Of a stretch of 64,000 nucleotides of DNA, positions 9,864 through 18,490 are shown one piece after another. Location of the stretch: assembly GCA_964187785.1 (NCBI GenBank), contig OZ076421.1, forward strand, positions 34,410,001-34,474,000, in the 5' to 3' direction. Below the pieces are notes generated by a model that worked only from the letters and a program-made list of their open reading frames with translations, did no database searches and was not told the DNA's origin. The stretch comes from Amphiscolops sp. MND2022. Its lineage: Eukaryota. The translations under genes were made by a program, and so were the position numbers. Position 1 is the first letter of the stretch. Every line of letters begins with the position of its first letter.

Positions 9864-11171
9864 TCAAGTGGTAGGGTTTAACATGACGTTTTTGGAGACT
9901 TTTCTATGAGAGTCAATGTAAATTGTTGATGCTTTTTCGCCCAACAGAAACACCTCAGTGTTCACTGCCAGCGCTGCTGAAAACTTCAACTCGAGCGAAA
10001 TGGCTGCGTTAGTGAGCTCAGGATAAAGAAAATCATGAGATGCTTGTTGGGTGCTAGTCAGGTCAAACACCATTACAAAATGATTAGCATAGTCGGCGAA
10101 AGGAATTCCATGTCCATGATGACCAAAGGCGAGAGCATCCATTGTTGACATGTAAACTCGTTTTAGATCATCTGTTGCCAAAGGAGTTCCTGCAACAGGG
10201 TATCCATTCCGGTAAACAGTAACTTCGTTTAGGTTATGTTTTTGGTAATGAAATGGATTTGTGTCTTTTGAACCAAGAAAAGACGCATTACTGACGAGCG
10301 CCAAAGCGAATCGTCGAATTGGTTCTCGACTGAAAACGTCTTCCTTACTCCAACTGCGACTACCTGTCGGAATGAGAAAAGTTTTGGGTAGAACCTCTGT
10401 GTACCGATACAGAGCTGGGGTTTTTGTCAGAGTTTTCTCTATGGCTATAAAAACCTGCTCAGAAACTGTCATTTTCCGGACGTAAAGATTGGCTTGGGTA
10501 ATGGTAATTTTGTAATTTTTTGCAACGTCATCATGAATCAAAACAAACTCTGGTTTCGAACGGACAAAAGAAATTCGCAAAGTCACTCCACTCAGTAAAT
10601 GTTTATCACAAGAAAATACATCAGCTGCAACTTTTCCAAAAAATGTTAATTCTCCAGACTGTCTCGACTCCAATTCTCTGTTTGTAAATGGAGTTGTTGT
10701 ACTGTTCCCAGGATGCTGCTCATATGTATATCCTTGGCAACGTAACCATGTTTCTTTGGCTTCCTTGCCATTCGAATATTCGGTTTCAATAAAGGCCTTG
10801 TGTGCGTAAACACCGTTTGCATTGGAAATTTTTATTCCATTAGCAGTAACAGTGCATTCGGAGAATAGAGAGTGTAATGTATTATTCACAAAAATAGGAG
10901 TGTCTGTTTGTGTTGCATCCGTTGCATCATATCGTAAGTCATTTCCATCGCTTTGTTTAATTTTGCATTTTATCTCGAGAAAAATTTTTTGTAGGTCCAA
11001 AAAATTATTTCGGTCTCCTACAACTTCAAATTCCAATGTTGGTCCATTGGGGGAGTAAATCGGGCCAATATTTTGTTCAAAGGAAGAGTCAAATGTAATC
11101 AAAACAGGTGATCGCTCAAAAATGTCGAGGGAACTATGTGAAGCTTCGAGTGGTAAAATATTAGGCAACAT
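9864..11171 (-). CDS. PY: Major capsid protein (double jelly-roll; Polinton PY)
   Basis: Likely start AAAAATG at 11171 (MLPNILPLEASHSSLDIF), 435 aa. Polinton MCP-like motifs SSLDIF, GPTLEF, NNTLHSLFSEC, NPFHYQ, VFDLT and a beta-rich profile. Confidence 0.9.
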   Translation of the reverse strand: MLPNILPLEASHSSLDIFERSPVLITFDSSFEQNIGPIYSPNGPTLEFEVVGDRNNFLDLQKIFLEIKCKIKQSDGNDLRYDATDATQTDTPIFVNNTLHSLFSECTVTANGIKISNANGVYAHKAFIETEYSNGKEAKETWLRCQGYTYEQHPGNSTTTPFTNRELESRQSGELTFFGKVAADVFSCDKHLLSGVTLRISFVRSKPEFVLIHDDVAKNYKITITQANLYVRKMTVSEQVFIAIEKTLTKTPALYRYTEVLPKTFLIPTGSRSWSKEDVFSREPIRRFALALVSNASFLGSKDTNPFHYQKHNLNEVTVYRNGYPVAGTPLATDDLKRVYMSTMDALAFGHHGHGIPFADYANHFVMVFDLTSTQQASHDFLYPELTNAAISLELKFSAALAVNTEVFLLGEKASTIYIDSHRKVSKNVMLNPTT

Positions 11172-11535
11172 TTTTGACTTTTGAAAAGAAATCGGACCGA
11201 CTTCTCTGTTTGCGTTTTGATTTCGTAATGGTTTTTCGTTTCTTTGAAGAACGTTTGCTTTTTCCACCAATCTGCTTCTTTATCGTCTTTTTCATAGCTG
11301 TTTTAGCAGCCTCACGTGGCGATTTTCGCTTTGCAATAACATCAAAGACCTCAGGGACACTTTGAACGAGCAATTCTTTGCCAATTTTTTTTGCAGCAGG
11401 TAAAATAAAATTTTTTGCAAAGGGTAAAGCCACTCGGCCAATACCGGCTGCCAGTGCACCAATTCCACTACCTCGTTGTCTGTTGTAACTGGCGAAATGG
11501 GGTAAATACACTTGCTTTGAGTAATAGTCTTCCAT
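11161..11535 (-). CDS. Small basic putative virion core/DNA-condensing protein
   Basis: 124 aa; YYSKQ...QRGSGIGAL...RVALPF pattern seen in small Polinton proteins between the capsid genes; very K/R-rich C-terminus. Confidence 0.75.
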   Translation of the reverse strand: MEDYYSKQVYLPHFASYNRQRGSGIGALAAGIGRVALPFAKNFILPAAKKIGKELLVQSVPEVFDVIAKRKSPREAAKTAMKKTIKKQIGGKSKRSSKKRKTITKSKRKQRSRSDFFSKVKNVA

Positions 11536-12401
11536 TAGGCGAATTTTTTAAATTTTAGGGTCAAAACAACTTGACCTTTACCACAAAAGGGTACCAGGAT
11601 CCCAGTCTCTGTTCTGAGTTGAATGCTTATTGTTTGAATATTTTGAACCAACAGTTTCTTGTATTGTAAATCAAAAAATGATCTTGTTTCCAAATTCTGG
11701 GTTGTCACGACCTTGCCACTTTCAACACGTTTCCCACTATCAATGATTCTCAAAACGGGTGCTTTTACGTCGCCCGTGTTTTGATATTCAATCAAATCAG
11801 TGTAAACAAGAATTAGACTAATGCCAGAAATCAAATCCACCGGAAAGTCATTCACAACCCATCTACTGTTCAGGATGTCTTCGTTTCCTATATGAATACC
11901 AAAAGCAGTCTCTTTTCCCTTGAATCCTAGTAGGTTGGGAATGTTTCTGTTAGGAAAAGTGTAGCCAGCATATGCATCAAATTTAATTTCTAGGCCATTT
12001 TCGGTGGATCTATGTTTACCGTCTTCCGTGAGTAAATTTACTTTTGAACGCATTTCAAAAAGTAGGTTGTTGATATGACTGTACATCGAAGGTCTTATCT
12101 TTAGTTTTTGATAATATGGAACAACTGGTTCAGAGTCAATTTCAATTTCCTCTGCTTTTTCTTCATCAATTTCGTCAAGGTTTTCTTCATCTTCCTTCTT
12201 TTTGGTAGTGTGAACGTAATAAAAAAAGTCTGTGTAAACGTTATTAATTTCCGAGGGAAAAATAATTTCTGATAGAGCCACACGCCAGTCGCCTTCCAGG
12301 GAAATATTTTGTGGGAGTTGATTTTTGAATGCTGCCAATGTATTGTCACCAAAAATTTCTAATGACGCTGTGGATAATAAATGAACTTCAAATTCGTCCA
12401 T
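11535..12401 (-). CDS. PX: Minor capsid protein (penton; Polinton PX)
   Basis: N-terminal FEVHLLSTASLEIFGDNTLAAFKNQLP...GDWRVALSEI; C-terminal VYTDLIEYQNTGDVKAPVLR and LTLKFKK. Confidence 0.88.
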   Translation of the reverse strand: MDEFEVHLLSTASLEIFGDNTLAAFKNQLPQNISLEGDWRVALSEIIFPSEINNVYTDFFYYVHTTKKKEDEENLDEIDEEKAEEIEIDSEPVVPYYQKLKIRPSMYSHINNLLFEMRSKVNLLTEDGKHRSTENGLEIKFDAYAGYTFPNRNIPNLLGFKGKETAFGIHIGNEDILNSRWVVNDFPVDLISGISLILVYTDLIEYQNTGDVKAPVLRIIDSGKRVESGKVVTTQNLETRSFFDLQYKKLLVQNIQTISIQLRTETGILVPFCGKGQVVLTLKFKKFA

Positions 12402-13386
12402 TTTTCTTTTTCACCAAAATCAATTCAGGCTGATAAAACTTGCCCAAGAGTTTTTCCTTCTCAGAGTCCAGTAAGTTGTAAGTTGGGGGATTGAGAGTTG
12501 CGATTTTTTCAATTTGAAAAATTTCGTCGGTAAAATTCTGTTTGTAACCTTTTTTGAAGGGTAAGTTTTCTTTTGACACTCTCACAAAGTCACCGACTCT
12601 GAATTTCGGCACTCGTAGCTGTTTAGTGGACTTGTAAGAAACCAGAGAAATCAAATGAGGTACATCTTTATCTGAAACCTTCTTTGGAGCCAATCCTGTC
12701 ACTCGGTTTACTCGTGAATTTATGATGTCAACAAAGTCATGGAGTTTTTTGATGTATTGATAAGACCATCTCTTTTCCAAGTGTTTATATATAATGTTTT
12801 TTAGAGAACGAATATTACGTTCTGCAAAAGCAGATTTTGTCTCACTATGAGTGCTGTAAATGTCAATGTTTTTGGAATCGCAGAACTGCTTAAATTCCCC
12901 TTTAAACTCTGATCCCTTGTCTGACCAGATTTTTTCGGGAATGGACTTTGTTATCATTCTTTTGAATGCTCTTGTTGAATCTGCTGCACTTTTTGTTTTC
13001 ATTGGTTCAACCCGTAGGAATCTCGATAGTACATCAACTGCAACTAGCAAGTATTTCACACCGTTGTTGTATTTTGCTAATTTGTCCATATAAGCAACAT
13101 CTATCGACCAAATCTCATTGATTCTGTAAGCTTGAACCTTCAATCGTGGAAATTTTTTTCTGGGAGCGTGATATTTTGTATGAGCGTCTGTTTGAGCCAA
13201 AAATGTTTCCACTTTCCTTTTTGGAAGCTTACTAGCTTTTTTCAAGTTTTCAACGCTACCATAAGCAGCTGGACCTTGTGTGTAAAGTTTCTCGAGGGTT
13301 TTTCTTTCAGATTCCGAGAGATGTCCATATTTTCGATCCAGACGCTTTGCTTTTAGCAATTTCTTCAGATTCTTCGTTGCTGGCAT
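12388..13386 (-). CDS. int: Retroviral-like DDE integrase (RVE-INT)
   Basis: WSIDVAYM (D1), VAVDVLSRF, IWSDKGSEF (D2), KSAFAERNIRSLK (E); C-terminal FRVGDFVRVSK...FYQPEL. Confidence 0.95.
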   Translation of the reverse strand: MPATKNLKKLLKAKRLDRKYGHLSESERKTLEKLYTQGPAAYGSVENLKKASKLPKRKVETFLAQTDAHTKYHAPRKKFPRLKVQAYRINEIWSIDVAYMDKLAKYNNGVKYLLVAVDVLSRFLRVEPMKTKSAADSTRAFKRMITKSIPEKIWSDKGSEFKGEFKQFCDSKNIDIYSTHSETKSAFAERNIRSLKNIIYKHLEKRWSYQYIKKLHDFVDIINSRVNRVTGLAPKKVSDKDVPHLISLVSYKSTKQLRVPKFRVGDFVRVSKENLPFKKGYKQNFTDEIFQIEKIATLNPPTYNLLDSEKEKLLGKFYQPELILVKKKNGRI

Positions 13387-13924
13387 CTGATTCGTCTCGA
13401 GTGGGTTCTGCTCTCTTTCTTGTTGTACTAGGGTTCAAAATGTTTTTGGCGTTCCGGTTAGGCACTAAATTAGGATTTACCATCAATTCTTTAAGAATGA
13501 TAGAGTATGAAGGATCAGTTAGGTTTTTGTTGGGTTGCTGCAGATTATAAAGAAATGTTGAGAGCGAAATTTTTGTGGAAATTTTGTTTACTGTAATATC
13601 GCCTGTTTCATCAAAATCAATTGTTTCGGAAGATTCAATTTTGTTCAAAATTTCTCTCGTTCTTTGTTTTTGTGCCGCTGTGAGCATATCCAAAGACTTT
13701 AAAATATTTTCTTTACTGGTTTTTTCTTTCTTTTCTACTGTTGAGGGGTCCGGAAAAGTATTGTTTCTTTGCAGTAGAGTGAGAGACTTTGCCTTTTGTT
13801 CAACTTCTGGGTCTCTCAAAACTTGCAGTGTGGAGTGTTTCTGTTGAGTATAAAAACTTTTTGGGATAAGTACAAATTCTTGGGTGTTCATAACGGAATT
13901 CAATCTGTCAGGTAACAGAAACAA
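13307..13924 (-). CDS. Conserved Polinton hypothetical protein (likely start ~13891, MNTQEFVLIPK)
   Basis: Lies between INT and the ATPase block; the FVLIP N-terminus resembles Polinton proteins found at this position. Confidence 0.7.
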   Translation of the reverse strand: MFLLPDRLNSVMNTQEFVLIPKSFYTQQKHSTLQVLRDPEVEQKAKSLTLLQRNNTFPDPSTVEKKEKTSKENILKSLDMLTAAQKQRTREILNKIESSETIDFDETGDITVNKISTKISLSTFLYNLQQPNKNLTDPSYSIILKELMVNPNLVPNRNAKNILNPSTTRKRAEPTRDESDASNEESEEIAKSKASGSKIWTSLGI

Positions 13925-14202
13925 GGCCGAATAATAAAGTTTAACAATTTGAGACCTTTTGGTGACATTAAAATTTTTCTGCGTTCCTTATTGGAGGTAG
14001 ACCTTTTACAAAGTAATCTGAGTTGGATTTCGTACTGTTTTAATTCGTCCACGTTGATACCAACCGTTCCATTCACAACATTGATTGCACACTCGCAACA
14101 AAATTTCAAAAATTCCTTGTCACAATGTCGTAGAAGTTTTTGTTGCTGTACTGAAGTGAGTTTTTCCAAGAGACTGAGTGTATGCAAATTTTTCTCGCTC
14201 AT
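13900..14202 (-). CDS. Small conserved Polinton protein (100 aa)
   Basis: CCECAINVVNGTV...LKQYEIQLRLL...RRKIL pattern typical of the small ORF next to the Polinton ATPase. Confidence 0.75.
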   Translation of the reverse strand: MSEKNLHTLSLLEKLTSVQQQKLLRHCDKEFLKFCCECAINVVNGTVGINVDELKQYEIQLRLLCKRSTSNKERRKILMSPKGLKLLNFIIRPCFCYLTD

Positions 14203-14845
14203 TGTTAATTTCTGTAATTTTTGCTTGTGACGAAGGCAAATAAAATATTGTTGGTCCTGGTCCTACAATGTTTGAACAAAAGCGTAGACATTCACTTGTC
14301 TTTGGATCCAAATCAATGAGTAAATGACCATGTGGTTCTGCAACAGCGTCTGTGTAGCACTCTTTTAGAAATACAGCTTTGTTTAATTGTCTTCCAAGAT
14401 ATTCAATTTGCTGTGTGTCACGAGGAGAATTAAAAAGAATAATGTGGGTTGTGTTGAGGTCAATTGTACGTGACCACTTACTTTGATGATACAAATTATG
14501 TTTGACAAAAATACAGTTAATTCCTCTGTGTCGGCCAGAGACTGCAATTTTTGCAAAGTTTTTATCTTGGTAAATTTCTTCGCAAGAGTCGTCAAATATC
14601 AGCAAACACTCCTGAAGCGTCTTTATCAAATCAAAATCTAGACAACTGATAAACTCGATGTTCATCCGTTTTTCCACTTCTTTGAAAATTTGTTGGAACT
14701 CGCGATAAAAGTAGTAAATTTTTTGAAAGCGTGGATAAAAGGTCTTGGATGTGAGCATAGAAAAAATCAGTCGGGTTTTTCCAGATCCAGATGGTCCAAC
14801 AACTGACATGAAAACTCTTTCTGTAGTAAAAATGATTTTGTTCAT
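14120..14845 (-). CDS. Genome-packaging ATPase (A32/FtsK-HerA-like)
   Basis: Walker A GPSGSGKT, Walker B LLIFDD, GRHRGI motif. Confidence 0.94.
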   Translation of the reverse strand: MNKIIFTTERVFMSVVGPSGSGKTRLIFSMLTSKTFYPRFQKIYYFYREFQQIFKEVEKRMNIEFISCLDFDLIKTLQECLLIFDDSCEEIYQDKNFAKIAVSGRHRGINCIFVKHNLYHQSKWSRTIDLNTTHIILFNSPRDTQQIEYLGRQLNKAVFLKECYTDAVAEPHGHLLIDLDPKTSECLRFCSNIVGPGPTIFYLPSSQAKITEINNEREKFAYTQSLGKTHFSTATKTSTTL

Positions 14846-15120
14846 AATTTTGGGCTAGGTAAAAGATATCCAACTGATCCAGCCAAAAGTGATGTCCAAA
14901 ATGGCATGTCTTCACATGATACTTCAAAAAAGATTAGTTTCACCAGACAAAATGTTATCACAAAGAAAGCTGAGAATACATGAACAAAAAATATAACTTG
15001 CGATCGTGGTATGTTTGTAGCAAAACAAAATTTCCAGGCTGGTCTCTCGTTATTCTCTTTATCGAACACAATTTCTTGACATGATAATACATCTGGTAAA
15101 TCAACTGTTTCTGAACCCAT
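14842..15120 (-). CDS. Small two-TM membrane protein (92 aa)
   Basis: Two hydrophobic segments ending WTSLLAGSVGYLLPSPK; stop overlaps the ATPase start (ATGA). Confidence 0.8.
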   Translation of the reverse strand: MGSETVDLPDVLSCQEIVFDKENNERPAWKFCFATNIPRSQVIFFVHVFSAFFVITFCLVKLIFFEVSCEDMPFWTSLLAGSVGYLLPSPKL

Positions 15121-15455
15121 TTTTCAAAAAGTGTACTACGAAATTATTAAATTCAATTCCAATTAATTGTACATTATTACACACACGTTGTATATCAGAA
15201 ATGGTTCAAAATTGTTAAATAAAATGTTAGTACAAAAGATACAAAAAAATTGTACTGCGGAACATCATGCATTGTTTCCTTAGTACGTGCCGGACCTTGT
15301 GTGTCGTTTACACAAGTTTTTTGTTGGCTGTCAATGTTGAGGTAGGTTAAGGTGCAGAGACAAGATTTTTCTTGCCATTGAGGCACCGAAGGACTACACT
15401 ACAGAGAGAGTTAGTTTCAAAACAAAAAAAGCATTATATCAAATCACACAAAAAG

Positions 15456-15800
15456 TCAGTTCAAACTTTTGCTCCTTGGTAAGACGAATATTCTTTGGGT
15501 TTCCAGCATTATAAATGAATTCCATTCTTTATCTTTTGTTTCCAAATCGATTTTGAATTTTGAGCCAGTTTTCCCGGATCCGTAATAGAACCAAATTCTG
15601 AGGACACTTTTGGATTTGACTACGTCCCTCACTTCTTGTGGTAGATTCGGGCAATTTTTGTCAATTTCGACAGGAGGAGGTGGCCTGGAAATGTGCATGT
15701 TTAAAGGAGGTAGTTTCTTTGTCATCCTGGACAGTTTTGAGTCTCGTGCACTAGAAGCTACTGACATATTCTTTCCAAAAGTCCTGCTTGCTTCCACCAC
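15456..15800 (-). CDS. Polinton hypothetical protein (114 aa)
   Basis: ORF is co-oriented with and tightly packed against its neighbours; no recognised motif. Confidence 0.55.
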   Translation of the reverse strand: MVEASRTFGKNMSVASSARDSKLSRMTKKLPPLNMHISRPPPPVEIDKNCPNLPQEVRDVVKSKSVLRIWFYYGSGKTGSKFKIDLETKDKEWNSFIMLETQRIFVLPRSKSLN

Positions 15801-15804
15801 ACCA

Positions 15805-16374
15805 CTATTGTTTGGAACAGCCTACACACAGACGCTCAAGTTTGGAGTCAACTTTTGATTGGTTTGCATTGCGCCTACTCTCTAACCACTGATAAGCAAC
15901 AGCAGTTTTCAATTTGCTGCAATGCCAGAAATGTTGTTGTTGACTATTCCATGGGAGAAAGTTTGCGTGGTTCCCACAAGAAACCACAGCATTAACACAT
16001 AAATGTTTAATTGGGGGACAACCAAGCCTTTGCAAAATGTAAACTTTTTGATAATAGTTGGAGATAAATGCTCTCTTCACATGTCCGTCGACAAAAACAA
16101 TTGCGTTGGGAAAACGAAGTCGTAAACTGGCCAAATAATTATGGATAGAAGTGTAAGGGTAAACGCCACTGTCCCAGTCAATACCGTGTATTCTTTTTGT
16201 TAAGAATATTATCGAGTCGCGGTTAATAGTTGAAATTGTAGAAAAGGCTTGAGGAGGTTTGAAAAGTAGGGTTTCTTGATAATTTTTACTGTGAACGCTC
16301 AGCTCTTTAACGATAAGACCGTTGTAGTCAAACCCTTCAAAATCAATAACAAGAATTTCGTTCTCATTCAACAT
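15805..16374 (-). CDS. DEDD/DnaQ-fold exonuclease-like protein
   Basis: ILVIDFEGF (ExoI DxE), IVKELSV, HGIDWDSG, terminal HCS motif. Confidence 0.65.
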   Translation of the reverse strand: MLNENEILVIDFEGFDYNGLIVKELSVHSKNYQETLLFKPPQAFSTISTINRDSIIFLTKRIHGIDWDSGVYPYTSIHNYLASLRLRFPNAIVFVDGHVKRAFISNYYQKVYILQRLGCPPIKHLCVNAVVSCGNHANFLPWNSQQQHFWHCSKLKTAVAYQWLESRRNANQSKVDSKLERLCVGCSKQ

Positions 16375-16784
16375 TCCAATTCACGGAACCAGTGGGCTTG
16401 TGCTGAATATTTGAGTTTCAAAATGCTCCAGAGAGGGCGAACTGAGCATGACCAAAACTTTTGCAATCTGGTTCTTCTATCCAAGCAGTCACACACGTCA
16501 CTAAACGCCCCCATAAGCTCTTGCGAGTCGCGAACAATCACAAATAATCTGTACACTTTGCAATACTTGTAGAAAATTTCACATTTGATTTCTGGTTCTT
16601 CTTTCAGCAAATATTTCAAATGGTCCAAAGTAATGTTGTTGAAGTTGCAATTTTTTAGATATACCAAACAAAAACTTAGCACATACTTTTGATAAGTTTC
16701 GAATTTGTCCGAATTGTCTAATGAAAGTCTATGAAAAGTTTGCTGCACTTTTACAACGTCTATTTTTTGGGGGTCCATTTCCAA
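16368..16784 (-). CDS. Polinton hypothetical protein (138 aa, helical, several Cys)
   Basis: First ORF inside the right TIR; its stop overlaps the next start. Confidence 0.65.
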   Translation of the reverse strand: MEMDPQKIDVVKVQQTFHRLSLDNSDKFETYQKYVLSFCLVYLKNCNFNNITLDHLKYLLKEEPEIKCEIFYKYCKVYRLFVIVRDSQELMGAFSDVCDCLDRRTRLQKFWSCSVRPLWSILKLKYSAQAHWFRELEC

Positions 16785-17026
16785 TTTTGATTCTCAGCAT
16801 TCCTTCCTGCTGCTGATATTTCCTTTATAATGAATTTTTATCAAAACACGTTCGTAACATCAGACGAATAATGCATTCGAACAAAACTGTACATAAATTT
16901 CACACCCTCTCGTACCCTATTAAACTTTAGTGTGAATTATACGACAAACTAGATTACTTTTTATTGGCCGATTGATCGCTTGGCACAACAATACTACAAC
17001 CCGATTTGACTTTTATTACCACCGAT

Positions 17027-17300
17027 TTTCAAGGTTAGTACTTTCCAAACTTTCAGGCATTCAAAGAATAAACAAGAGTGTCTACGCTTTTACATGTACT
17101 TTCGCAAAAATCCAAAAACGAATACAAAAATAATCCGACCAATAATTTACTTTCGCAGTCAAAAGCCGAAGTATTTCCGAACACCAATTTGGAAGGACCC
17201 CTTCCTTTTAGGGATAGGTCCTAAAATTTCAGAGCAAGGACCCACCCCGTGAAAACCGAGGACCCCCCCCGTTGAAAGGCCGGCGGAAATCTTAACTACT
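17027..17300 (-). repeat. Polinton right terminal inverted repeat (~274 bp)
   Basis: Inverted match to 639-945. Confidence 0.95.
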
Positions 17301-18140
17301 GACATTCAATTAATTGTTTGTCAAAACATCAGTTTTTCAAAGTATTGAGCACGAGACAAGATTTATAACTAAAATTACATGCAAAATTATTCACACTGTC
17401 AAATCAATGCACCGTCATAGACACCAGCAATCAATGTGGTTCACATACTGGCTGGACCAAGTTGCATTGGGACAACCAAACGATCGGGTATTGTTTACTG
17501 ATACGCAATGACTTCCTTCTTTTTGCAAATTTGTTCTACAAAAGCGTACAAATCTCGACTTCAAAGATTGCCAAACAATTTACAGCAGTGTGCAAATCCT
17601 TCATGTATTTCGTACTACATTGCCTGCATGTATTAAATAATTATTAATTGAATAACAAAAAGTTAATAGCGTTAAATAATAGTACCAACAGCTCAGCTAC
17701 GGTCAACTTCTTCAATTTCTATCTTAACAAGATGAATTACAACAATTCGTTGAAAATACCAGCCAATCAAATGTTCGCTCACAAGTTGACCGATCCGCTT
17801 TTGTCGATACTTCAAGCATGCACATAATAGAAAAGCCTCAAGCCAAATTTTTTCATGTTTTTACATGCAACATATAAAAGAATATTCTTTTTCTGTAGCA
17901 CCTCGTCAAATATCAACACTCAAAGGCTACTTGAGCCTACACTTTCGACAGATCATTTCAAATGAACGAATGAATGGATCACGAATGAATCTTTTAAACA
18001 ATCAATGATTTTGCAATGTTTTTTGTTCGGGTTATTGCATCTTCTGGAAAAAGCGCGAATGTATGTAGCAGTAGTAACCATAGAATGAAATAATGCCATT
18101 GGTTGAATCAGGAAACCAATTAAAACGATTGAATCAAAGA

Positions 18141-18262
18141 ACCAATCAAAATTGTTGACTGAGAGAGCCAATCAAAATTGTTGACTGAGAGAGCCAATCA
18201 AATTTGTTGAATGAGAGAGCCAATCAAATTTGTTGAATGAACGAGCCAATCAAATTCGCTGA
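18141..18262. repeat. 26-bp minisatellite, ~5 copies (GCCAATCAAAATTGTTGACTGAGAGA)
   Basis: Units start at 18141, 18167, 18193, 18219 and 18245. Confidence 0.9.
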
Positions 18263-18327
18263 AGTTTTGAATAGACAGAAGTGCAATGAACGACAAGAGC
18301 GTGCATTTTGTCGTGTTTGGGCCTCTC

Positions 18328-18490
18328 TTAGTACGAGTCGACGCACACTTGAGAAGTGGTCGCCAGCTTGGGCAGACTCTCAATGTCGACTTCCTGGCTT
18401 CCCTTCCGGTTTCCATGCTTTCCACTCATGCGCTTTTTGTTCAGGTTGGGAACGTGGATGTACACTTTGCCTTGGGAAGTGGCCGATTTT
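18328..18490 (-). CDS. CLCA-like gene, last exon (cytoplasmic tail, stop)
   Basis: tttcag acceptor, phase 2, matches the previous donor; RKSATSQGK...CVDSY*. Confidence 0.75.

Larger units (their letters stand above)
639..17300. mobile_element. Complete Polinton/Maverick (adintovirus-like) element, 16,662 bp
   Basis: Begins AGTAGTTAAGATTTCCGCCGGCC (639) and ends GGCCGGCGGAAATCTTAACTACT (17300). Identical 6-bp TSD GACATT at 633-638 and 17301-17306. Carries the Polinton core gene set (pPolB, INT, PRO, ATPase, MCP, mCP). Confidence 0.97.

Noticed and set aside
12388-12450. Chromodomain at the integrase C-terminus, as in some Polintons
   Set aside because: ORF ends shortly after YQPEL with no chromodomain aromatic residues.
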